From assembly GCA_963740085.1 (NCBI GenBank), contig CAVUCU010000004.1, positions 192,001 through 256,000 of the forward strand: a stretch of DNA of 64,000 bases, written 5' to 3'. The notes beneath the pieces are model-generated. The model saw nothing but the letters and a program-made list of their open reading frames with translations. It did not search any database and was not told where the DNA came from. The position numbers and the translations under genes were made by a program. Positions 8,821-19,899 of the stretch are shown here, piece after piece. Numbering within the stretch: position 1 is the stretch's first letter; each line of letters opens with the position of its first letter. The DNA is from Nitrospirota bacterium. GTDB lineage: Bacteria > Nitrospirota > UBA9217.

Positions 8821-9453
8821 ATGAAGCTCACAAAGGCTCAGCAACAGATAGTCCTTGCCGCGCTGATTGCGCTGCTCGTGCTCATCAACGGATACTCTTA
8901 TCTGGCCGGACAGAAGCCGAAGACCGTGCCGCTCACGTACACGCGCGGGGCTACGGCCGTCTCCCCGGTCCGGCAGGGGACGTCTTCCCGGGTGGCAGGC
9001 GCGGACCCCTTGAACATCTTTCTGGAGCGGCGAAGGGAAAAATTCCCGGGTGTGGTCCGCTATATTTTCCAGATGCAGAACCCGGCCCCCAAACCGGTGG
9101 CGTCTCATAAAAAGGCGCCTCCGGTGCACGTGAAAACGCCGGAAGAGCTTGCCGCCGAGGCGGCCCAGGCGGCCGCACAGGCGGCCAGGGCTGCTGCTGA
9201 GGCGGCGGCCCAGGCGGCCCGGGCGGACCTGATGAAGTTCCAGTTGGTCGGATATCTGACCGAGAAGGAGAGCACGCTCTTCCTGTCCAAGGAGGGAGAG
9301 CTGTTCATCGTGAAGAAAGGGAGCAAGCTTCTCAAGAGCTATAAGGTCAAGGAGACGGGCAAGAATTTCGTGATCCTGCTCGACACCATTACCGGCGTCG
9401 AGGTGCAGTTGGAACTTCCGGGCGGAGAGATGCAGCCTCAACAGAACCGCTGA
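8821..9453 (+). CDS. PilP/GspC-like accessory protein
   Basis: N-terminal TM, Ala-rich linker, C-terminal beta domain (GYL...LFL...ELFIVKKG); position before the secretin. Confidence 0.6.
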   Translation: MKLTKAQQQIVLAALIALLVLINGYSYLAGQKPKTVPLTYTRGATAVSPVRQGTSSRVAGADPLNIFLERRREKFPGVVRYIFQMQNPAPKPVASHKKAPPVHVKTPEELAAEAAQAAAQAARAAAEAAAQAARADLMKFQLVGYLTEKESTLFLSKEGELFIVKKGSKLLKSYKVKETGKNFVILLDTITGVEVQLELPGGEMQPQQNR

Positions 9454-9582
9454 CACCGAAGAGGGATCATTCATTTCCTGTCTTCCCCGTGCATTTTTGC
9501 TCTCCGTTTTTCCCTACTAATAGGTGATGTGTCGGTTACGGTGTATCCCGTTCGGGGCAACCCGTGTGAGGTGAGGAGGAGG

Positions 9583-11943
9583 ATGATGAAAAGGATTGTA
9601 CTGTTGCTTATGACCGTTTTTCTGTCAGCGACGTTCATGAGTTGCGCCGGCTCTCAGGCGTTCCAGCGTGGCGAGCGTTATGCTCACAGCGACGAGTGGG
9701 ACCTCGCAGTAAAGGAATACCGGGAGGCCAACCATCGGAATCCACGAGACATCGAATACCGCTCAGCCCTGCTCAGGGCAGAGGAGACGGCCGCGAACCA
9801 TCACTACAAAAAGGCGCGCAGTTTCGTGAAGGAGCGAAAGCTTGACCAGGCGATAACCGAGCTCCAGCAGGCCATCTACCTGAACCCGACCAATGTCGCT
9901 ATTCAGAGCGCACTCAGGTCCGTCCTCGATATGAAACAGGCGGAAGAGCACTACCGCGCATCGCTTACCTTCACCGAGCTGGGGCGGCTTGGAGAAGCCG
10001 TGAATGAACTGAACCAGGCGGTGGAACTCGATCCTGATAACATGAAATACCATGATTCCCTCGAGAAGCTCCGGAAAGAGAAGACCGAGGTAGAGCCCGA
10101 AGAAGCTCTCACCCTTGCTTCGGAAAAACCCATTTCGCTGAACTTCAAGAACACGAACATTAAAGATGTCTTCGAGTTCCTGTCCAAGCTGTCTGGCATC
10201 AACATCCTGTTCGATGACGAAGTGAAGGCCCAGCCGGTGACGGTTTTCGTCAAGGACGTGTCGTTCCAGTATGCCCTGAACCTGCTGCTCTCGACGAACA
10301 AGCTCTTCATGAAGAAGGTCAGCGCTGACACTATCATTATCATCCCCAAGAACAAGGCAAAGTCCGACCAGTATGAGGACCTTATGGTCAGGACCTTCTA
10401 CATCAACAACGCAAAGGCGAAAGAGATCGTCAACCTGCTCCGGACCATGCTCGACATTAAAAAAGTGTATGTGAACGAGGTGCTGAATGCGCTTACGGTT
10501 CGCGATACCCCTGAAAAGCTGAAACTCGTGGAAAAGGTGATCGCCGCGAACGACCTCAAGGAGGCGGAGATCATTCTTGACGTCGAGATCCTTGAGATCT
10601 CACGGACCAATGCGCTGAAATACGGGTGGAACTTCACACCCGGCGGCCTTTCCGCCACCGCAGCGGTCCAGAGCACAGCGCCCACGACTGCCGGCAACAG
10701 CGGCGGCATAGCGCTGAGCGAGCTCAGGAACCTGACAAAGGATAACATCTTCGTAACGCTTCCCGGCCTGGTCGTGAACCTGATCAAACAGGATTCCGAT
10801 GCCCAGACCCTTGCGAACCCGCGGGTGCGCGTGTTAAATAATAAAAAAGCTACGTTCCATGTCGGTGAGAGGATACCGATACAGACCTCCATCGCGCAGA
10901 CATCAGCCGTGGTGGGGTATCTGCCGACGTCGACCTTCGATTACAAGGATGTGGGCATCAAACTCAACATCGAACCGACGGTCCATCTCAACAATACGGT
11001 TACGCTTAATTTGAAGCTGGAGATCAGCACGCTCGGAGACGCCTTGAATTTCGGCAATGGACAGGTACAGTACAAGTTCGGCACCCGGACAACAGAGACG
11101 ATCATCAATCTGAGGGACGGCGAGACCGTGATCATCGGGGGGCTCATCAAGGACGAGGAGCGAAAGAGCAGGTTTAAGATCCCGATCCTCGGAGACATTC
11201 CGCTCCTGGGCAAACTCTTCGCCTCGGCGGACGACGGTACGATCAAGACAGACATCCTCATGTCCATTACGCCGAACATCGTTCGCGGTATGGAACTTCC
11301 GGACAAGGATTCCCAGGCATTCTGGTCGGGAACAGAACGCGACTATGATACGAAACCGCTCTTCGTCAGTGATGGCAAGAGCTCCAAACGATCGGCCAAG
11401 TCGCTCGATAAAGCGGCGGTGCTCGATTCCCTGGCAAAGAGGGAAGCGGTTGCGCCACCGCCATCCGGCGAGACGGCCAAGCCGGTTTCAGCGCCATCCG
11501 CGACAACGGGCCAGCCTCTCACCACGTCCGCGGCCATTATAGAGATCAGGCCCACGGAGGCTTCGGTCAGCATCGGCCAGGAGACCCGGTTCGAATTGCT
11601 CGCAGGGAACATAAAAGATCTTTACGGGGCGATCGTAACGCTTACGTACGACCCCAAGGTCGTCGAGTTCAAGACGGCGAGCGAAGGTCCAATCCTTAAA
11701 AAAGACGGCCAGCAGACCTCGTTCCTGTTCTCAAACAACATAAAGGGAGGAACCGTTGACATCTACATGACCCGCATAGGTGATGTCGGCGGTGTTCAAG
11801 GCGCTGGAAGTCTGGGCACGCTTGTATTTCAGGCGAAAGCAGGAGGGACGACAGAACTGACGATGAAGGGCGTGAAATTGACGAATTTCAACCGGGAGCA
11901 GATCAAGACCGAGCTGAAAGGCGCAAAGGTGGTCGTGAAATAG
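9583..11943 (+). CDS. Lipoprotein secretin (GspD/PulQ-like): TPRs, N-domains, secretin core, C-terminal cohesin-like domain
   Basis: Lipobox-like FMSC; TPRs; LANPRVRV, DVGIKLNIEP and IPILGDIPLLGKLF; tail LYGAIVTLTYDPKVV...GSLGTLVFQAK. Confidence 0.9.
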   Translation: MMKRIVLLLMTVFLSATFMSCAGSQAFQRGERYAHSDEWDLAVKEYREANHRNPRDIEYRSALLRAEETAANHHYKKARSFVKERKLDQAITELQQAIYLNPTNVAIQSALRSVLDMKQAEEHYRASLTFTELGRLGEAVNELNQAVELDPDNMKYHDSLEKLRKEKTEVEPEEALTLASEKPISLNFKNTNIKDVFEFLSKLSGINILFDDEVKAQPVTVFVKDVSFQYALNLLLSTNKLFMKKVSADTIIIIPKNKAKSDQYEDLMVRTFYINNAKAKEIVNLLRTMLDIKKVYVNEVLNALTVRDTPEKLKLVEKVIAANDLKEAEIILDVEILEISRTNALKYGWNFTPGGLSATAAVQSTAPTTAGNSGGIALSELRNLTKDNIFVTLPGLVVNLIKQDSDAQTLANPRVRVLNNKKATFHVGERIPIQTSIAQTSAVVGYLPTSTFDYKDVGIKLNIEPTVHLNNTVTLNLKLEISTLGDALNFGNGQVQYKFGTRTTETIINLRDGETVIIGGLIKDEERKSRFKIPILGDIPLLGKLFASADDGTIKTDILMSITPNIVRGMELPDKDSQAFWSGTERDYDTKPLFVSDGKSSKRSAKSLDKAAVLDSLAKREAVAPPPSGETAKPVSAPSATTGQPLTTSAAIIEIRPTEASVSIGQETRFELLAGNIKDLYGAIVTLTYDPKVVEFKTASEGPILKKDGQQTSFLFSNNIKGGTVDIYMTRIGDVGGVQGAGSLGTLVFQAKAGGTTELTMKGVKLTNFNREQIKTELKGAKVVVK

Positions 11944-12058
11944 AGACAAGCATCGAGCACCGGATTACAAGCTCAGATACGTGTTCAATGACCCAGGTTC
12001 AAACAGCGGCCAAAACGCGCTCGAAGATTAATCATTGAGAGATTTGGGATTTCATGCC

Positions 12059-12542
12059 ATGCACAAGGGGATTACCCTTATTGAACTTCTCGTGGTCATC
12101 GTGATCGTCGGTATTCTCGCCTCGGCGGCAATGCCGTTTTCGCGTATGGCCATTAAGCGGACAAGAGAGATCGAGCTCAGACAAAATATCAGGGCCCTGC
12201 GCACGGCGATCGACGAATTCAAGAAGGACTGTGATACGAGGAAGCTTTCGGCGGTCGAAGGCTACTGCAAGCCCGAACAATTCAACTACCCGGAGTCCCT
12301 TGAGCAGTTGACGGAACCGCTGAGGTTGGCAGGCGCCGCTGACACGACCAAGAAATACCTTCGCAGGATACCCCGGGACCCCATGACCCCGCTCGAAGCA
12401 CCGGACAAACCGAACAACTGGGGGCTGCGCTCATACGGCGACGAGCCGGACTCCCGTGATTGGGGCGGCGGAAACGTGTATGACATCTATTCAAAGAGCG
12501 ATAAGGTGTCCCTGGACGGGATCGACATACAATACATGGTGA
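12059..12542 (+). CDS. GspG-like pseudopilin (+1 frameshift near 12521; restored C-terminus LDG-STYNTW)
   Basis: G|ITLIELL prepilin site, YLRRIPRDP; the alternate frame matches the paralog's LDGTAYNTW end. Confidence 0.85.
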
Positions 12543-12558
12543 TTATGTGAGAAGAGAG

Positions 12559-13008
12559 ATGACGGACGACAGAGGGAAGATTGCTGCAGAGAAAGGTTCA
12601 GACCGATCGGGGGGATTCACGCTCATAGAGCTCATGATCGTGGTTGCGATCATGGGGGTCCTTCTTTCCATTGCCGCGCCGAACCTCAAGCAAGCCGTTG
12701 TAAGGGCGCGGGAGGCCGTTCTCAGGGAGGATCTGTTCCAGATCAGAGAGGCTATTGATCAGTATTATGCCGACAACGACAGGTACCCCGCAGCGCTCAG
12801 CGACCTTGTCAACGCGCAGGAAAAGGCCAAGAGCTATCTGCGCGCCATACCCAAAGACCCCTTTACGACCGCCGAGGACTGGATCACCGTCACGCTGGAG
12901 GGCAGCGGGGACAGCAGCGGGGACAGCAGCGGGGAGTCCGGCATATTTGACGTACACAGCGCCAGCCCGCTCGTCGCATTGGACGGCACTGCGTACAATA
13001 CCTGGTGA
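12559..13008 (+). CDS. GspG/OxpG-like pseudopilin
   Basis: G|FTLIELM prepilin site, AREAVLREDL...YP..L.DLV, YLRAIPKDP; short SGDS repeat. Confidence 0.88.
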   Translation: MTDDRGKIAAEKGSDRSGGFTLIELMIVVAIMGVLLSIAAPNLKQAVVRAREAVLREDLFQIREAIDQYYADNDRYPAALSDLVNAQEKAKSYLRAIPKDPFTTAEDWITVTLEGSGDSSGDSSGESGIFDVHSASPLVALDGTAYNTW

Positions 13009-13141
13009 ATGTGCACCAGAGAGCAAAATCGCCGTTTCAATAAAGATCACCGATCTCCGCCCGGCGATGATACGAGCGTTACCATGGAGATGATACCCTT
13101 CCCGTTCTGGCTGCCATAACTCACCGTGATGATACATTAGG

Positions 13142-13170
13142 CCTTCCGTCTCTCGGAAGGACTTTTTTTT
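13142..13170 (+). terminator. Rho-independent terminator
   Basis: CCTTCCG-TCTCT-CGGAAGG followed by a T run. Confidence 0.7.
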
Positions 13171-13202
13171 GTTCATGCCTCTTCGTGTTTCTGAAAAAAA
13201 GC

Positions 13203-13231
13203 TTGCAACAGCTCAATAAAATCAGTAATAT
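13203..13231 (+). promoter_or_regulatory. sigma70 promoter of DUF502-glmU-glmS
   Basis: TTGCAA-17 nt-TAATAT, 6 nt before GTG 13238. Confidence 0.55.
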
Positions 13232-13237
13232 AACGAC

Positions 13238-13873
13238 GTGAAAAAATTAAGAGATTCCTTTAAAAAATATTTTATCACCGGTCTGCTTGTGATCATCCCG
13301 ATCTGGGCGACGTACTATGTGCTGTCCGGCATGCTCAGGATCATTGACAACATGCTCGGTGACCTGCCGGAGTATCTTTTGGGCCTGAAGTTCCCGGGCC
13401 TCGGGATAATCACCCTGATCCTCTTCGTGCTTCTGGTCGGCATCCTCTCCGCGAACTATATCGGCAAAAATGTGGTCCTCTACGGTGAAACACTCATGCA
13501 GCGGGTCCCGCTCGTGCGGGGTGTCTATTCCACGATGAAAAAGATCATGGGTACTTTTTCCATGAAGCATAATTTTCACGGTGTCGCGCTTGTCGAGTAC
13601 CCGCGCAAGGGTTGCTACAGCGTGGGGTTCATGACCGGCGACATACAGGGGGAGTCACTGGGGCTGGCAGGCAGGTTTATCACGGTCTTTGTCCCCACCA
13701 CTCCGAACCCCACGGCGGGATTTCTCCTTATTCTTCCCGAGGCAGAGGTCAGACGCCTCGACATGACCGTAGAACAGGGCATGAAATTCATCGTATCTGT
13801 CGGGCTTGTATCAATGAGCGATATTCAGGCCGGTAAACTGAAACACTCGGAGATCGGAGAGTCTCGATCATGA
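13238..13873 (+). CDS. DUF502 family membrane protein
   Basis: FITGLLV.IP, RVPLVRGVY, VEYPRKG and VFVPTTPNPTAGF motifs. Confidence 0.9.
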   Translation: MKKLRDSFKKYFITGLLVIIPIWATYYVLSGMLRIIDNMLGDLPEYLLGLKFPGLGIITLILFVLLVGILSANYIGKNVVLYGETLMQRVPLVRGVYSTMKKIMGTFSMKHNFHGVALVEYPRKGCYSVGFMTGDIQGESLGLAGRFITVFVPTTPNPTAGFLLILPEAEVRRLDMTVEQGMKFIVSVGLVSMSDIQAGKLKHSEIGESRS

Positions 13874-15277
13874 AGCCAACAGTAACAGTGGTCATTCTTG
13901 CCGCGGGACTGGGCACGCGTATGAAGTCCGATCTGGCAAAGGCGCTCCATCCGCTGGCAGGCCGTCCGCTCGTGCAGTATGTCCTGGAGGCCGCCGCGGG
14001 CGTGGGACCGGAAAAGATCGTGCTCGTGCTCGGACATCAGGCAGACAAGGTGCGGAGCGTGGTAGGAGGATTGCGCCTGGAGATCGTGCTTCAAGCCGAG
14101 CAGCTCGGCACCGGCCACGCCGTTCAACAGGCCGGGGAGGCGATTTCCAGGGGGACCGGGCCGGTCCTCGTTCTCTGCGCCGATACGCCGCTGGTCACCA
14201 CGAAAACGCTGCAGGACCTCATCGAACTTCATCGGAAGTCCCGTGCAGCGATGACATTCATCACGACGACGCTGGCCGACCCCTTTGGATACGGCAGGGT
14301 GGTGCGCGGAAAAACGGGGGTCATGCGCGTAGTCGAAGAAAAAGACGCCACCGCACCGCAGAAGAAAATTCAGGAAGTGAACGCGGGTATCTACTGCTTT
14401 GACCGGAAGTTCCTTCTTTCTTCACTCACGCTCCTCGGCAAGAACAATGCTCAAAAAGAGTACTATCTTCCCGACATCGTAGAACTTGCGAGAAAGAAAA
14501 AACTGCGCGTTTCGGCGTTTCGCTGTGGAGATCCGAATGAGATCATGGGCGTGAATTCCCGGTTCGATCTGAGCCAGGCCGAAGCGATCGTGAGACGACG
14601 GATCAACCGCCAATGGATGCTCGAAGGCGTTACCATGCCTGATCCGGAAACGGTCTTCGTCGGGAACGAGGTCCGTCTGGGGCGGGATGTTGTTCTCTAC
14701 CCCAACACAAGGATCGAGGGAACGACCAGGATCGGCCCGGCCTGTGTCATCTATCCGGGGTCGAGGATCGTTGACAGCGTGATCGCGGACAACGTGACCG
14801 TAAAGGACAGCTCGGTGATCGAGGAGAGCGATATCGCCGCTGGCGCAGTCGTGGGACCCTTCGCGCATTTACGTCCCGGTTCTAAGATCGGAGCGCGGGC
14901 CAAGATCGGGAACTTCGTTGAAGTGAAGAAATCGACCATCGGCGATGGAAGCAAGGCGAGCCACCTCTCGTATATCGGGGATACGACCGTGGGCCGGGAC
15001 GTGAACATCGGAGCAGGCGTGATCATTTGCAATTATGATGGATACGTCTAAATATCCCACGGTGATCGGGGACAACGTGTTCGTGGGCAGCGATTCTCAA
15101 CTTGTGGCGCCGGTCAACATCGGGCGCGGCGCGCTTATCGCCGCCGGCTCGACGATCACCCGAGACGTGCCGGCTGACGCGCTTGCCATCAGCCGCGTCC
15201 CTCAGGACACCCGGGAAGGGTTTGCGAGCCGAAGAAGACGATTGAAACAAAAAAGCAAAACAATAATTGAAAATTGA
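13870..15277 (+). CDS. glmU: Bifunctional UDP-GlcNAc pyrophosphorylase/acetyltransferase (+1 frameshift near 15049)
   Basis: [11 protein letters not shown], hexapeptide repeats; NYDG continues as [15 protein letters not shown] in the +1 frame. Confidence 0.92.
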
Positions 15278-15360
15278 CGGATTGGAAATTGGAAAATGAA
15301 GGCATATAATTTATGGCTTTTCAATTTAAAATTTCGCAATTTGCAATTTTCAATTTGAAA
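15264..15360. repeat. Heptamer-periodic inverted repeat
   Basis: AAATTGA/AAATTGG units facing CAATTTA/CAATTTG/CAATTTT units. Confidence 0.65.
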
Positions 15361-15378
15361 TGGAGCGTGAGCGAACTT

Positions 15379-17209
15379 ATGTGCGGAATTATCGGATATA
15401 TCGGGAAAGAACCGGCAGTCCCCATCCTGATCGAGGGGCTCAAGAAACTTGAGTACCGGGGATACGACTCATCCGGTGTTGCCGTGCTTCAGGACGGGAA
15501 GATCGTGCTGCGCAGGGCGGTGGGCAAGCTGCAAAACCTGGAGACGCTGCTCAGGACGGAAACACTGAGCGGCAGCATCGGAGTTGGCCATGTCCGCTGG
15601 GCCACGCACGGGAGGCCGTCTGAAGAGAACGCGCATCCCCATCGCGCGGGCGGCACCGTGGTGGTCCACAACGGCATAATCGAGAACTACCTGGCGCTGA
15701 AGCAGAAGCTTTCTGCGCAGGGGTGTGTGTTTAAGTCAGAGACGGACACTGAAGTGATAGCCCATCTGATCGACAGCATCGTCCAAAAGGGGCTGTCCCT
15801 TGAAGACGCGGTGCGCGAGGCGGCCCGGCATCTGGAAGGCGCCTACGCGATCGCAGTGATCGATGAGCGAAATCCCGAGGTCGTGATCGGCGCGCGCAAG
15901 GGAAGCCCCCTTGTGGTAGGGCTCGGCCAGGGAGAATTCTTTCTCGCCTCCGATATCCCTGCGATCCTGCACCGAACCCGGGATGTGCTGTTCCTGAACG
16001 ACGATGAAATGGCGATCCTGTCCAATGAGGGAGTAAAGATCACCGATCTCAAGGGCGCGGAAATCCAGCGGGAGATCACCCGCGTGATGTGGAACCCGGT
16101 CATGGCAGAGAAGGGCGGTTACCGCCACTTCATGCTCAAGGAGATCTACGAACAGCCGCGCGCCATCATGGATACCATCCGGGGCAGATTTTCGCAGGAA
16201 ACGGGGACCATTCATCTCGAAGAGATCGGCCTTGCACACGAGCGGCTTCTCAGGGTAAAGAAAAATATTCATTGTCGCATGCGGCACGTCGTGGCATGCG
16301 GCGCTGGTTGGCAAGTACATGTTCGAGGAGCTCGCATCCATCCCGACCGAAGTCGATATCGCCTCCGAATTCCGCTACCGCAGCCCGCTGGTCGGCAAGG
16401 ATGACCTTTTCATCGCCATCACCCAGTCCGGCGAGACTGCCGATACGCTCGCGGCTATGCGCGAGGCAAAGAAGCGCGGCGCTACCGTCATTACAATCTG
16501 TAATGTCGTGGGCTCCACGGCGAGCCGCGAGGCTGATGGCGTGGTGTATACCCACGCGGGGCCCGAGATCGGGGTGGCTTCGACCAAGGCCTTTACCGCC
16601 CAGCTTGCGGCGCTCTACCTCTTCGGACTTTTTTTCGCATCGCTGCGAGGCAAACTGTCGGTTGATGAGATAAAACAGCGGCTCACCGATCTGGTGCACA
16701 TTCCCTCTCTGGTGGAACGCTGTCTTGAAGGGGATGCCGAGATCGAGGGGATCGCAAAACACTACTTCAAGTCCAGCGACTTTCTCTATCTCGGGCGGGG
16801 CCCCAACTTTCCCGTGGCGCTCGAGGGAGCGCTCAAACTGAAGGAGATCTCATACATCCACGCGGAAGGTTATCCCGCGGGTGAAATGAAGCACGGGCCG
16901 ATCGCCCTCATCGACGAGAACATGCCTGTTGTGGTGCTCGCGGGCAAGAACGGCGTATACGACAAGATCCTGTCGAATATTGAAGAGGTGAAGGCCAGGG
17001 GCGGGATCGTGATCGGGGTCATAACCGAGGGAGACAGGGAGATCATAAAGAAGATCAACCATTCGATACCAGTGCCGGCGACCAACCAGCTGCTCATGCC
17101 GATCCTCCTGACCATACCGCTTCAACTTCTGGCGTATCACGTCGCGGTGCTGCGCGGCGCGGATGTGGACCAGCCGAGGAACCTGGCAAAGAGCGTAACA
17201 GTGGAGTGA
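15379..17209 (+). CDS. glmS: Glutamine-fructose-6-phosphate transaminase (+1 frameshift in the A run near 16265)
   Basis: [22 protein letters not shown] (+1 frame), [11 protein letters not shown]. Confidence 0.93.
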
Positions 17210-17223
17210 CGGCGGACTGGAGT

Positions 17224-17336
17224 GATTGCAAAATGCAAAAGGTAAAATGCAAAGTGCAAAATGGGGAGGCTTGTTCCAATTCTGAATATAAAATTTCGAA
17301 TTTCAGTTTCCAATTTGACATTCGCATAATTTGACT
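17224..17336. repeat. Heptamer-periodic inverted repeat
   Basis: AAAATGC/AAAGTGC units facing AATTTCG/AATTTCA/AATTTGA units. Confidence 0.6.
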
Positions 17337-17340
17337 TACT

Positions 17341-19568
17341 ATGGATTATCTTGACAATTTGAACCCTCCTCAGCTCGAGGCGGTCCTGTATGGAGATGGG
17401 CCGCTGCTGATCCTTGCGGGCGCCGGGAGTGGAAAGACGCGGGTGATCACGTGCCGGATCGCACACCTGATCCGCGAGCGGGGCGTTGACGCCGGAAATA
17501 TCCTCGCGGTCACATTCACGAACAAGGCTGCCAACGAGATGAGGGGGCGGGTGGAGCGGATGCTTGATGTCCCGCTTAACCGGCTCTGGATCAGCACGTT
17601 CCATTCGGCCTGTGTCAGGATCCTGCGGCAGCACATTGACCGTCTGGGGTATAAGCGGTCGTTCGTGATCTACGACGAGACCGATCGTTCATCCTTGATC
17701 AGGGCCTGCATGGCCGATCTGCGGATCGACACCGAGCAGTACCAGCCGCGGGCGATCGGAGCCCGCATCAGCGCCCTCAAGAACAATCTGACCGATGCAG
17801 AGCAATTCGAAAAAGCGAGCGCTCATTTCGGGTTTGAGGAGGCCGTTTCACGGACGTACTCGCTGTATCAGGAGCAGCTCAGAGGATCAAACGGCCTTGA
17901 CTTCGACGACCTGCTCATGCTGAGCGTAAGGCTTTTTGAACAGCATCAGGATGTGCTCGGTTACTATCAGGGTCTGTTTCACCATATCCTGATCGATGAA
18001 TATCAGGATACGAACCATGCCCAGTACCGGCTTGTCCGGCTTTTAACCATGCGGCGAATAGAATCTCTGCGTCGTGGGGGACGACGACCAGAGCATTTAC
18101 AAGTTTCGCGGCGCCGATATCGCGAATATCCTGAATTTTGAAAAGGATTATCCTGCTGCAAAGGTCATCAAGCTCGAACAGAACTACCGCTCCACCGGAA
18201 ACATCCTTGGCGCGGCAGGCGCGGTGGTTGCGCGAAACCTCGGCAGAAAACCAAAGGAGCTCTGGACCCAAAAGCCCGGCGGCGACAAGATCCTCTGCTA
18301 CAAGGCCATCGACGAGAAGGACGAGGCCCGTTTCATCTGCCGGACCATCCAGCAGGAAGTGGACGAAGGCCGAAGCCTGCGCCAGATCGCGGTGCTCTAT
18401 CGCACGAACGCCCAGTCACGCGCTCTCGAAGACGCGCTGCGCAATTGGGGAACGCCGTACCGGATCTTCGGCGGCCTGCGGTTCTACGATCGCAAAGAGA
18501 TCAAGGACATCATCGCCTATTTGCGGGTGCTGCAGAATCCCGCGGACATTGTCAGCCTGCGAAGGATCATCAATGTCCCTGCGCGCGGCATCGGCGATAC
18601 CACGGTGGACAAACTGGAGCGCGCGGCAGCGGCAGCCGGGGTGTCATTGTATCAGGCCGCACGGGATGCGGATACCACCGATATCACTCCGGCGGCGAAG
18701 AAAAAGCTCCGGGCGTTCGTCGTCATGATGGACCGGATGCGAGATGATCTCGGGACGATGACGCTCACGGAGCTGGTCAGGAGGGTAATCCTCGAAGCCG
18801 GATATGGCGCGGCGCTCGATCAGGAGAAAACCATTGAGTCCCGCATCAGGCTTGAGAACCTGAACGAGCTCATGACTGCAACCGAGGACTTCCAGGAACA
18901 GAACCACGATGGATCGTTGCCGGCTTTTTTGGACCAGGTGGCGCTTATCACCGATCTGGAACAGCAGACCGCGGTTGATGGCAAGCGCGTAAACACCGAT
19001 ACAGTGACGCTCATGACCCTGCATAATGCCAAGGGTCTTGAGTTCGCACTGGTGTTCCTTGCCGGCATGGAAGAGGGGTTGTTCCCTCATTCCCGGTCAG
19101 CCGAGAGCGAGGAAGAGCTTGAAGAAGAACGCCGGCTCTGCTATGTCGGCATCACCCGGGCCAAGGAACGGCTGATCCTCACTCACGCCGTGGAGCGCAG
19201 GCTCTACGGTTATCCGCAGGCCAATCTCGTTTCGCGGTTTGTCCAGGAGATCCCGGAGCGAGGCAATGGACTTTGCGGGCATTGAACGATCAACACTCTC
19301 TGTATCGCGGGACCGCGCTCCATGGAACGCTGCTTTGTACGGCACTGCCCCGGTCGCACACGAGTTGATCCCCTCGTCTCCTCCGTCGCCGAAATCCGGT
19401 GTCGCCGGATCTTACTACAAAGGGGCGGTAGTGAAGCATGCCAAGTTCGGACTTGGCACGATACAGCGGTCCGAGGGAGAGGGAGACGACCTGAAGATAA
19501 GCGTGAGCTTTCCCGGGTATGGAGTAAAGACGCTGGCGGTGAAGTTCGCAAAATTGGAAGTAGTTTAA
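17341..19568 (+). CDS. pcrA: UvrD/PcrA DNA helicase (two +1 frameshifts near 18060 and 19256)
   Basis: AGAGSGKT, DEYQD, VGDDDQSIY, LEQNYRST, EERRLCYVGITRAK and C-terminal VKHAKFG.G Tudor-like domain across three frames. Confidence 0.9.
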
Positions 19569-19611
19569 ATGCAGGAGTCAGTAGTCAGGTGACAGGGGTC
19601 AGGAGCAACGA

Positions 19612-19899
19612 ATGAAGATCACAAAACAGGAAGTCGAACACGTGGCGAAGCTTGCCCGGCTGGAGCTTTCGGAACAGGAAAAAGAGAAACTCACTGATCA
19701 GCTTTCGAACATTCTTACCTATGTCGAGAAACTGAACGAGCTTGATACCACTGGTGTGGAACCCACGTCCCATGTTCTTGATATCAACAACGTGATGCGC
19801 GACGATGCAGTGGAAGAGAGCTTGACCCAGGAGAGGGCGCTGGCTAATGCCCCGGAAAAGGCCGCAGGGCATTACAAGGTGCCGAAGATCATTGAATAG
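19612..19899 (+). CDS. gatC: Asp/Glu-tRNA amidotransferase subunit C
   Basis: VEHVAKLARL...VPKII. Confidence 0.95.
   Translation: MKITKQEVEHVAKLARLELSEQEKEKLTDQLSNILTYVEKLNELDTTGVEPTSHVLDINNVMRDDAVEESLTQERALANAPEKAAGHYKVPKIIE

Noticed and set aside
13085-13140. Fluoride riboswitch-like GGAGATG...TGATGA
   Set aside because: The pseudoknot-pairing segments are not complementary and no fluoride-related gene follows
13870-19568. glmU, glmS and pcrA as pseudogenes or programmed frameshifts
   Set aside because: Uniform +1 indels across unrelated and essential genes, with no shared slippery motif, fit sequencing error better
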